NCBI RefSeq assembly: GCF_018350175.1
Contig: NC_058374.1
Location: forward strand, 58,962,001 to 59,026,000
DNA length: 64,000 nucleotides
Reading direction: 5' to 3'
From: Felis catus
Taxonomy: Eukaryota
Below are positions 53,317 through 64,000 of the stretch, piece by piece. Within the stretch, counting starts at the first letter, position 1, and each line of letters begins with the position of its first letter. The notes below the pieces were generated by a model that saw only the letters and a list, made by a program, of their open reading frames with translations, was not told where the DNA came from and made no database searches. Position numbers and translations under genes: made by a program.

Positions 53317-53864
53317 CAGTAGATGAATCCAGACAGGAGTGTATGAGCACTCACTGTTCTTCATTCAACTTTTGTATCAATTTGAAAAACTTTTAAATCA
53401 AAATATTATATGCTTTCTATATATTTATGTATTTAATCATACTGCCAGGCTTCTTCACATTAATGACAAATTTTGTTGTGTAGGAAAGGGGGAATTCTAG
53501 CAAAACTGCATTTACTCCATGAAGATATTGAGATGGGAGTGGTAGGGATGAAATTGGCAAGATGAACTCAGCTATATAGCAAGCAGTCTAACTTGAAAGG
53601 TTCTTTGTCCCCATGGGCTTAAGACTCTCCTTCCCTGTCCAGAAACACCAGGGCAGCTTGGGGGCACTGAAAAGGAAATGCCACTATATATGCCCGCCCC
53701 GCCCCCCCCCCCCCCCCCCCAATCCCCAGACTAAGAAACACCTAATGGCTTTGCCCGGGGACATTCCTTCACTCCTCAGACATTGCCTTCAGGGACAATT
53801 GAGAATCCCATTACCAGCATACAAACCAAGCAGATCAAAATAAGGCTCTAAAAATTAAACTGCC

Positions 53865-54025
53865 AGGGTGCCTGGGTGGCTCAGTTGGCTAAGCATCCCA
53901 CTTTTGATTTTGACTCAGGTCATGATCTCTCCATTCATGGGTTCAAACCCTGCACCAGGCTCCATGCTGACAGTGCACAACCTGCTTGGGATTCTCTCTC
54001 TCCTCCTCTCTCTGTCCCTTTCCCA

Positions 54026-54058
<33 letters not shown>

Positions 54059-54103
54059 TCTCAAAATAAATTACTTAATAATAATAATAAAAAAAAAAAG
54101 ATA
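53865..54103 (+). mobile_element. Can-SINE inserted in an old L1 5' region
   Basis: Consensus head, (CT)n(CA)n block, A tail; degenerate TSD aa.ttaaactg.c. Confidence 0.93.
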
Positions 54104-54455
54104 CAAGTTAAACTGTCTTTGAAATCACAATGCATAACTAAGCCAAGATCCATTTAGGTGCTAAACCTAAACCTGCTAAAATCAAAGATTTAAATAGGAT
54201 CCAGAGCCTCCTAACATAACAGACAACTTGTCCAAGGCACACAAAAAAAGAAAAAAATCACCTGCCACACCAACAACCAAGAAAATCCCAAACTGAATGA
54301 GAAAAGACAATCAATTGACACCAACCTCAACATGAGTCATATGTTGGAATTATGTGATAAGGCTTTAAAGCAGCCATAAGAAAAATGCTTGAATAATCAA
54401 GTACAAATTCTCTTGAACCAAATGAAAAAACTGAAAATCTTGACAAAGAGATAAT
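54104..54455 (+). mobile_element. Ancient L1M 5'-end/ORF1 start fragment
   Basis: aagatttaaataggatccagag; aatgagaaaagacaatcaattgacaccaac...atgttggaattat...ctttaaagcagccat. Confidence 0.75.
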
Positions 54456-57160
54456 GTCAATTCTCTTCAGGAATACATTCAGTGTATTATTACACTGAAT
54501 AGTATTAGTCAATGGATCATTTAAGATTTCTTCAAAGTCTTTGAAGTAAATGTAATAACAGTAAATATAGCCAAAGTAATATGATATAGTGCAATGAATG
54601 GCCAATATAAAAGAAATGATATCTGGAAGGTCAAGCAAGGCATATAAGTTATCTGTGCTTGTTTGAAATTCCTACTTTTAGAATACTAGTGCTAGAAACA
54701 AAAGAATGTCTTCAAAGTTATACGAATCTAAGCAATCAATTCCTATTTGCCTTAAGGCCATTGCCAAGAATTTAGAAAAAAGATCAAATGTCAGAAGTCT
54801 CTAAGGAACTGAAGAAGCTAGGCTTTCCAACTGTTGCTCTACAGTGGGAATTGAAGCATCACAGAGATACACAAAAGTTAATTCTTGAAGTCTTATGCCA
54901 AGTAGAAGTGAAATGTTGCAAAGTCAACATAGATGTAGTCTCTACATCCCCATCTACTAAGAAGATATGTGCTATGACAGTTGAACTGAATCACATTTAG
55001 CCAAGAGAAGTATTTGGTAACCAAAGATGTGATTAAAACAAATATTTCCACTTTGGAAAAGTTTCTAGATTTAATAGACATTATATAATACCAATAATTC
55101 TAGCAGGAGTTCATTGTGCACTTACTATGTACCAGACACTGTGTTAAGTATTTATTTGCCTTATCTCACTTAATGCATAAAGCAACTCACATGGTAAATA
55201 GTATTCCCATTTTACATGAGGCCACACAGTTTGCTTAATGAAATCTCATTTGCTGAATTTAAGTCCTGTTAAATCCAAATCTCTGATTACTCTATAACTG
55301 CCTCCCACTTTAAAATCATGACCGTGGACCTTAAGGGATTACTTGATGCTGCTAGCATTCAAACTACATTTCCCCAGGTCACTAGCATTTACCTTTGAAG
55401 GCAAACAGCTATAACTTCTTCAACTTCTAACCCGTCCTTCCTATCCTCACTCTCAGCTGGCTACTTTGCTTCCTACTCTCCTAAAAACATACAATCTAAA
55501 GAGAAAATTCTGAATCTACACACTCTGCCATCCCATTTGTTACTATAGATGAACAGTGTGCTCTGTGCTCCTGAAGCAGACTATCCCTGTGCTCTATGTA
55601 CCTCTCTCAAATAATCCCTCTCCTTTTTCCTTAGACCTCACCCTCTCCTATTCCAGGGCATCCTTGAGCAATTCTCTCATTTCACACATGCATTATTATC
55701 TTTTTTCCTTTCTGCTGAATCATGCTTAACAGCATGCAAATATACTGTTATTCTCCCATCTGAACAAAATAAATAAATACAAAGGCAAAATTTATCTTCT
55801 TTCCCTAGCCACCGAACATGTACTATTGCATTTGTAGCAAAATTCAAAATTTGTCTGTCCTTGACCTCTCCATTTCTTCTCATTCTCTTTAAACCACACT
55901 ACTCAGTCCTTCCCCAGTGAAAATGTTCTTGCCAAGGTCAACAATGACCTCCACATTGCTACATTCAGTGGCCAATTCTTACTCCTGTTTGTACCTGGCT
56001 TTCAGCAGCATTTGACACAGTGGATCACTTCCTCTCCTTGACATGTATTCCTCATTTAGCTTCCAAAACACACCTGAGGTTTTCCTCCTACCTCCCTTGC
56101 TGCTTCCCCTCAGTCTCCTTTGCTGGTTCCCCCTCATGGATCCAGCTTCTTAACATTATCATATCCAAGGCCCCCATCTCAGCCCTTTTCTGTTCTCAAC
56201 CTTTCCTCATTCTTTCAATGATCTCATCAAGTCTCCTGGTTCTAAATATGTTCTTTCTTCTAATGACTCCCAAATTCTTATATCTGGGCTACACCACTCT
56301 CCTTAATTGCAGATTCAAATACTCAACTGCCTATTCTCACTTCCCCTTTCATATCTCAGACTTAGGATGCCCAAAAGTGTAAAACCAAATTTCTTACCTT
56401 CTTCCCATATCAGTCATAATTCTGGCGAGAAACAGATGGAACATTTAATTTAAGCAATTTGAGGGCCATTTTATAAAGGGGCTATTTACAGGGTGTAGGA
56501 AACCAACAAAAGTTAGTGCAATATCCCAGTGCCAATAAAGGTGGCTGTTGTCCCAATAATTCTGAAGGGCAATGGAGTAAAGGGGGAGAGCACTTGTTAC
56601 TAGGGGAGGGAGAGAAAGAGAAAGAGGTGTGAAGAAGGTCAACTGACAGGAACTTGACCCTTGGTGGAGGAGTGTAACCATTTTAAAGCAACTCCTTCCT
56701 TCCCTCAAATCTCTCATCAGTATTCCTCATTGACTGGACATAGCTGGAAAGGTAGAGAGCAAGAGATCAGCCAGTGCATTCTGTAGAGGCCAGCCTCCTG
56801 GGGCACATAACAGAATGAAGATGGACAGAAAGTGGGTCTAGAGAGGCAAATAAAAAATATCCTGTCCACTCTCAAAACAACTCCACCTAGAGTTTCCCCC
56901 CTATCAATGCGTGGAAAAGACATCCTGCTTATTCTAAACAAAAATCTTAGAGTCATCTTTGACTCTCTTACATCTAATCTATAACGAGATCTCAATGGCC
57001 CTACCATTCAAATGTATCCAGAAGCTGACCACTTCTCACCACCTCCACCAGTACCATTCACATTGAGCCACGTCTTGCCATTTACAACTCACAGCTTTCC
57101 CTATTTCCAACCTTAACCCTGTACATGAAATTTTATACATAGTAAACAGAGTAAGCTCTT

Positions 57161-60100
57161 ATATCTTTCTAGAAATTTATCCATTTCATCTAAATTTTCT
57201 AATTTATTGGCATTTAATTGTTCAGAGTCTTTCTATATAATCCGTTTTATTTCTTTAAGTTTGGTAGGAATGTCTCCTTCTTCATTTCTGATTCTAGTAA
57301 TTTTAGTCTTCTGTATGTTTTTTTTTTTCTTGGTCACTTAACTAAAAGTTTCTTAATTTTATTAATCTTTTGAAAATATCAGCTTTTGTTTTTATGGATC
57401 TTCTCTATTGTTTTTTCATTCTTTACTTCATTAATTTATTTTTTAATCTTTATTTTTCTTTTTTTTTCTGCTTGCTTTAGGTTTAGTTGATCTTCTCTTT
57501 CCAATGTATTAGGTGGAAGGTTAGGTTATTGATTTCAAATTTCATCTTTTTTGAATAGGAGTGTACAGCTATAAATTTTCCTCTAAACATCATTTTAGCT
57601 GCATAAGTTTTGGTATGTTGTATCTTCACTTTCATCCATCCCAAAATATTTTATAATTTCTTTTGGAATTTCTTCTTTTAATCATTAGTTACTTAGGAAT
57701 ATGTTATTCAGTTCCCACATATTGGAGGGTTTTCCAATTTTTTTCCTGTTAACGATTTCTAATTTTATGCCATTGTGGTCAGATAACATATTTTGTATTC
57801 TTTTATAATTTTTACCATTTACAATTTATTAAGATTTTGCTTTATGGCCCAGTATATGGTCTCTCCTAGAAAAATTTCCATGTACACTTGAGGGGAATGT
57901 ATACTCTGCTGTTGTTGTATGTAGTGTTCTATTGATGTNNNNNNNNNNNNNNNNNNNNNNNNNNNNNNNNNNNNNNNNNNNNNNNNNNNNNNNNNNNNNN
58001 NNNNNNNNNNNNNNNNNNNNNNNNNNNNNNNNNNNNNNNNNNNNNNNNNNNNNNNNNNNNNNNNNNNNNNNNNNNNNNNNNNNNNNNNNNNNNNNNNNNN
58101 NNNNNNNNNNNNNNNNNNNNNNNNNNNNNNNNNNNNNNNNNNNNNTGACAACATTATTCAATGTCTCTCTTTATCTCTCATAACAAGTTTTGTTTTTAGG
58201 TTTATTTTGTCTGATACTACAGATTTCCTGTGAGTGCTATTTGTATGATGTATCTTTTTTTCATCCTTTTACCATCAACCTACTGAATTTTTTAATCTAA
58301 AATGTATCTCCTACAGACAGAATATAGTTAAATTGTACTTGTTTTTTTAATCCAATCTAACAATCTCTGACTTTTGACAGAACTATTTAATCCATTTTAT
58401 TTTAATTTAATTATTAAATAATTGGATTTATATCTGCTTTTCAACTGTTTTTCTATTTATCTGTCTTTGTTTTTGTTACTTTATTTCTCCTGCACTGCTT
58501 TCCTTTGTGTTAAGTGAATATTTTCTAGTGTATCATTTTAATTTCTCTAATGATTTTTTCCACCATATTATTTTGAGTTATTTCCTTAGTGGTTGCTCTA
58601 GGGCTTACCTTATCTTATTAAACACTGTTCCAATTTTACACAAATTTAATTCTCATGAGTTATAATAATATTACTGCTATATAATCCTATTGCCTTCCCC
58701 CTTTTTTGTGGTATTGTTGCTATAAGCATTACATCCATAAATGTTACAAGCCCATAACTACATCATTATAATTATTACTTTACGTAATTTTATGTCTTTT
58801 AAAGAAGCCGAGAAGAAAAAAGAATAGCAAGTATATACTCACAGTTTTCATTATCTTACACTTTTATTTATCATTTTCAGCGCTTTTCATTTTTTTCTTG
58901 TAAATATGAGTTACCATTTGGAGTCATTTCCTAAGCCTAATACACTTTGCTACTACCTGTCTCCTTTATACTATTATTGGCAATTATATCACATTTTTAT
59001 ATGTCATAGTCCTCTAAACACATAATGTGTCTGACATATAATTATTTTTGTACATCACTTTATACAATTACTTTTTAAATCTGTTAAGAACAGAAAGAAA
59101 AATGTGCATTTATACTGCCTTTTATAATTATATAATTATTCATATTAGTGCTCTTTTTTTCATGTGTATTTTAATTACCATCTGGGGGTAACTTGCTTTC
59201 AGTCTAAAGAACCTCCTTTAGTATTTCTTGCAAGCAAAGTCTGCTAGTAGAAAATTTGCTTAGATTTTGTTTTTCTGGGATGTCTATTTCACTTTCATTT
59301 AAAAAAAAAAAAAAAGCTTTGCTGGATACAGGATTCTTAATTGACTTTTTTTTTTTTTTTCCCCATTGAGCACTTCAAGTATATCATCCCACTGTCTTTG
59401 GCCGCCTTTGTTTCTAGGTCAGCTGTTAATCTAATTGCAGTGCCTGTAAATGAGAAGTCATTTTTCTCTCCCTGCTTTCCAGATTTTCTGTCTTTGGCTT
59501 TCAATATTTTTGCTGACATGTCTATTTTTATATTTCTTTGTATTTATCCTACTTGGAGTTCAGTAAGATTCCTAGCTGCATAAATTACATTTTAAATTTC
59601 ATTAGCTTTCAGTCATTATTGTTTCAAATATTTCCCTTCTCCTTTTCTCTCTTCTCTCCTTCTGGTATTCCCATTACATTGATGTTGGTGCACTTAATGG
59701 TGTCCCATGTTTCTCTGAGGTACACTGTTATTCTGGGATGACAGTGGTTTTGTCAGGACTCTTTGTCTCTTTCCCTGACCACACCCAGTTGTTAAGCTCC
59801 ACTAATTGTAGGCTGACTGCTGTGTTGTTTTCAACAGTGCTTTGTGTCATAAATCACTTCATAGACTGATCCAATCAGAATTTGACACCTTTGAAGGGAT
59901 AATTCCCAAAGTCAGTGTATGAGCTTTGTTCTGAGCCCAGGAGGGCTTTTCCCAGCTGTCTCTTCCCAGCTCTCTGGAAAACTAGCTGACCTACATCCAG
60001 TTTAATGCTTATCACCAAAGAATCTATCAGTCTCCTCCTACTTGGAGGAATTTTGCCACAACTGCCACTGCTTTTGAATCACTTTAGGCTTGAACTTCTC

Positions 60101-60829
60101 TACACTGTTGCAAATGAAGTGAATCCTTTGAGGAATGATTTCAAGTTGTCTGTTTTATGGTCTGCTTTTCCTCCTAGGTAAAATCTCTGAGCCATGGCAT
60201 TGATATTAGGGGTGGAGACAATGATGCAAATCTCCTTGAGTGACTCCCCACTTTAGGAGTTGAGCACTCTGAGGGACAACAGCCCTAGGTCTGCTCAGCT
60301 GGCTTCTCTCAGCATGGAACTTCTATTCCACACGACAATGAAAGAGCAATCAGAGTCTCCATATTCTCAATGGTGCCATGTTCAAAGTATAGCCTCCATC
60401 CCGTGAGTGGGCTGAGTGGGGGCTGGGTAGGAAAAAGATACTAACCTGGGACTTAGCCTCAGCAACAGGTAACTGGAAACAGATGAGAAATGCTTAGGCA
60501 CTGCTCCTCCTGAAATGATAGCCCTCCAACTATGAGCTAACCGGAAAGTGAGCCCTGTGTTTAAGATAGTACCATTCTGGAGTTTCCATCTCACTGAGCT
60601 GAGAGTTGGGAGATTGCGGGTCTTGGTTCAAATGCCACAGACAATTGCAGTTCTTACCAAGTTTTGGTAGATTTTCTTGAATAAATGTGTCTTTATTTTG
60701 CTATATGTTCTCTGGGTCATTTCCAGAGAGACCTTAACTGGTTGATTTAAAAATAATTTTCACTAGTTTCCATGGGGAGTGGATCTGTGGAACTCCTCAC
60801 ACTGTAATGACAGAGGTGGAACTCTCCTC
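57161..60829 (-). mobile_element. Ancient L1M with its 5' end retained, 3'-truncated in ORF2, flanked by a degenerate TSD
   Basis: Endonuclease-domain remnant RTLHTTTAEYTFPSSVHGNFSRRDHILGHK; ends just after ttagatgaaatggataaatttctagaa (LDEMDKFLE); 5'-UTR-like gaggagttccacagatccactcccc...gaaaattatttttaaa; TSD ca(g/a)agtaagct at 57147 and 60830. Confidence 0.85.
57939..58145. other. Assembly gap (207 N)
   Basis: N run. Confidence 1.
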
Positions 60830-60940
60830 CAAAGTAAGCTTTCAAAACGTAAGTGAGATCATACCACTCCTCTGCTCAGAATCCTCCAATCTCTCACACT
60901 CCCTAAGAAGAAAAACTGAAGTCTCTAAAATAGCCCAAAG

Positions 60941-61152
60941 AGGGTCACCTGGTGGCTCAGTCGGTTAGGCATCCGACTTTGGCTCAGGTCATGATGTTGG
61001 TGAATTCGAGCCCTGCTTCAGACTCTGTGGTGACAGCTCAGCGTGAGTCTGGAGCCTGGAGCCTGCTTCAGATTCTGTGTCTCCCTCTCTGTTCCTCTCC
61101 TGTTCATGCTCTCTCTCTCTCAAAAATAAATGAACATTTTAAAAAAATTTAA
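60941..61152 (+). mobile_element. Can-SINE (SINEC_Fc) with TSD
   Basis: taaaatagcccaaa at 60926-60939 and 61153-61166. Confidence 0.95.
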
Positions 61153-62584
61153 TAAAATAGCCCAAATGACCCTGTAACCCACTTACCTCTGACAACCTCT
61201 TTGACCTCATTTTGTGCTTTTCTCCCCCTTGCTTACCTTGTTCCAGCTACTCTGGCCTCCTTGGTGTCCTCAAACCAAGTTTGAGGTTTGCTGATGTCAG
61301 AAAACTTATACTACTAGGCTTCACACTTGTTGTTCCCTCTGCCCAGAATGCTCTTCCCCTTGATGGCCACAAAGCTAACCCTCTCATCTCCTTCAAGCAA
61401 TTATTCTAATATCACCTTTTCAGTGAAATCTACCCTGACTATTCTATTTAATATGGAATCCACTCCTGACCCTCCCAGCATTCCCAATCCCCTATCTTAA
61501 AAATATTTATAGTATGGATACCTTTTAACATGTTATACAATTTGGTAATATATTGAAGTTTATAGTTTTTATTGTCAGTCTCTTATAGTAGCATGTAATA
61601 AGCTTCAGGAGGGCAAGGATTTTTGCCCTTTTTGTTCACTGATATATTCTGATTATCTACAACAGTGCTGTCACTAGCAAATGCTAAATTAATAATTGTT
61701 GAATGAGTACTGATTTGAAGAAATAGTGGAATTGGGATTTGATCAAGAGATCATGCTTTTAATCACAAACCTATGTTGAGACCACTTTCAAACTTTAGGT
61801 CCTGCTTAAATAAAATTCATGGGTTCAAATAATATTTTACAAATATTTATAATCATAATGAGTTCTTTAAAGTGTTCATCTTTAAAATGTTCATCTTTAA
61901 AGTGCTTGGAGAGCTTCAGATGACTGATGTCATTGGCAGGCATCTTTGCAGAAATACAAACCATAATATTTAGGAAACAAAAAGGAGAGAAACTTGAGGT
62001 CAGATTTTATAATTATCCAACAGAGTGAAGTCTATGCAACCATGGAAGATCAGATTTTAATCTATTTCAATTTTTAATTGGTATTTGATTGGTATTTAAT
62101 TGGTTTCCATAGAATTTCTTCAGTGATAAACTAGGATTTCATATCATTAATGAGGTTTCCTGACAATAAGGATTTGTTTGGACAGTTTTTGTGAAACCTA
62201 ATCATTTAGTAGCTTAAAATTTTGTGGCAAATATCATCATTAGAAAGTGTAAACCAAGGTCCAGTATCCTTTTTTAAAATGTATGACTCTGAAACTGGAA
62301 TAAAAAGGAAGGTTGGAATTTTTTTCTATGCAGCTAGGCCTTACTGTGGATGTTTAAAATAAAATTCATGGGTTGAAATAATATTTTATAAATATTTTTC
62401 AGTATAATGAATTCTTACAGCAAAATAAAGTACAATTTTCCAGGTCATCTTTTTTTCTTTTTTAAGACGAATATAAAATCTACCCTCAAGTTCTCTCCTT
62501 CTTGTTTTTCAAATATTATGGTTTGTATTTCTGCAATGACTTCAGTCACCTGAAGTTTTCCATGCAATTTAAAAATGAACATGA

Positions 62585-62717
62585 GGGGTGTCTGGGTGGC
62601 TTAGTCGGTTGAGTGTCCAACTCTTGATTTTTTTGGTTCAGGTCATGATCCCAGGGTTGTGGAATCAAGCCCCATGTTGGGCTCCTTGCTGAGTGTAGAG
62701 CCTGATTAAGATTCTCA

Positions 62718-62754
<37 letters not shown>

Positions 62755-62851
62755 TCCCCCCCCCACCCCTCGCCCCAGCTCGCACACTCACTGTCTCAAA
62801 TAAAATAATAATATAATTAATAAAAACAAAAAGAAACTCAAAACAATTCAA
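62585..62851 (+). mobile_element. Can-SINE with perfect 15-bp TSD
   Basis: taaaaatgaacatga at 62570-62584 and 62852-62866. Confidence 0.96.
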
Positions 62852-63124
62852 TAAAAATGAACATGAAAGAACTCACTATGTTGCAAATACCAATCTGCCT
62901 TCTTCCTTCTTGCTCATACAAAGTTTAGATCTCTATCTAAAGCCTCTCTGCACAAATTTCTCTACATGACTGTCCCTAAAGCCTAGAATTTTGTGAAACT
63001 CTTCTTCCTGGAGAATTCTACTTTCTTAGTGATCTAAACAAATTATGATAGTTGTTCTTTACACTGCTCAAAGACACTGACCAGATACACTAACCTCTTC
63101 ACTTTGTAGACTTTCAGTCTAGAT

Positions 63125-63362
63125 CTGTATTCCTCAATTTGGCTGCATATTACAGTAGAGAGTTTTTTAAATGCTGATAGCCAGGTTGAAACTAATATAA
63201 CTCTATATGTTAATTATACTTCAATAATAAACAAACAAACAAACTGATGGCTGAGTCTCACTCTTAGATTCTGCCTTAATTGATTAGAATGGGGATTGGT
63301 ACAGATATATTTTAAAAGTTCCCTGGTTGAATTTACTATGCAGCCAGAAATTAAACCTGTAA
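63125..63362. mobile_element. MER5A-like MITE containing a short L1 3' tail (~63183-63241)
   Basis: ttggctgcatatta...ttttaaaagttccctggttgaatttactatgcagccag; insert gaaactaatataactctatatgttaattatacttcaataataaa. Confidence 0.65.
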
Positions 63363-64000
63363 GTCTAAGAAATAAGCCTTGCAGGGCCCTGAGGAACTAT
63401 AATGTTGGAAATTACTTTTATCTTCCATATTTACACTTTATCTTAGCATGGCTTGATCCAGTAATTTTGATTCTGAAACAGTAACAGAATGCCTGCAGTC
63501 TGGTAGACACTGCATTTTGCTAGCAATATGGAGCTGAACATATCTCCCACCTTCATGTAGCTTTGGGTTAAAGTATAATAAAGGGCAAGACAGACATTGA
63601 ACAGAAAGTCACAAATGCAAAGAGTGATCACAACAGACCTTCACATCTATAGGAAAAATCATTCCTCTTCACTCTACCTCTAGAACTTGGGTATAATGAG
63701 GGATATACTTGGTAAGTATGCATGGGGTGTTTGAATGATGTCAAGATACAAAAACTATTGAGTGTGACTGATAAAGGAAATCATTTCAGTTAATAAATTC
63801 TCCCTTTCAATGAAAGTGCATTAGCAAAGATTCTTTCTAACCTTAGTGTGAAATGCTTTAATGAGACCTTTAGTTCTTCTTATCACTTATCTACTTATAC
63901 AGGTAACTTGCATAAAAGGGATGATAGGACATCTGACTTCCAGAAAGATATTTGTCCTTAGGAGTTTGTGGATACCAGAAATCAATGATTGTCTGGAAGA

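Larger units (their letters stand above)
55310..61710 (+). mobile_element. Long L2 remnant interrupted by an ERVL LTR (~56407-56868), an L1 (57161-60829) and a SINE
   Basis: ccaaggtcaacaatgacctccacattgcta; tcagcagcatttgacacagtggatcacttcct; continuous across the insertions; 3' end ttgttcactgatatattct...gttgaatgag. Confidence 0.85.

Overview
Mammalian, AT-rich, CpG-depleted, repeat-dense genomic DNA from a feliform carnivore, judged by its many SINEC_Fc-type Can-SINEs. It is intergenic or deep intronic, with three N-gaps (6145-6339, 34873-35008, 57939-58145). I found no intact protein-coding exon, RNA gene, CRISPR array or prokaryote-type system. Nearly all listed ORFs are chance frames in repeats. 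The one gene-derived feature is an old, intronless, disabled processed pseudogene of NELL1 on the minus strand (~31276-33861). It carries the 3' UTR and a decayed poly(A) tail, and its 5' end falls at the recalled exon 2/3 junction, marked by a 4x tandem 10-mer next to LTR fragments. The rest is L2, MIR, old L1, MLT/ERV LTRs, hAT DNA transposons, Can-SINEs and microsatellites. The most unusual structures are: two L1 fragments with target-site duplications (TSDs) but no 3' UTR or poly(A); a 74-bp segment apparently copied from a neighbouring LTR into an L1 microsatellite 2.4 kb away; a cluster of short tandem or snap-back duplications; and a repeat-free segment with octamer + PBX-HOX + MEIS enhancer grammar. 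Repeat family names are recognised from memory of consensus sequences, and their boundaries are approximate unless a TSD is cited. I do not claim a novel biological system.
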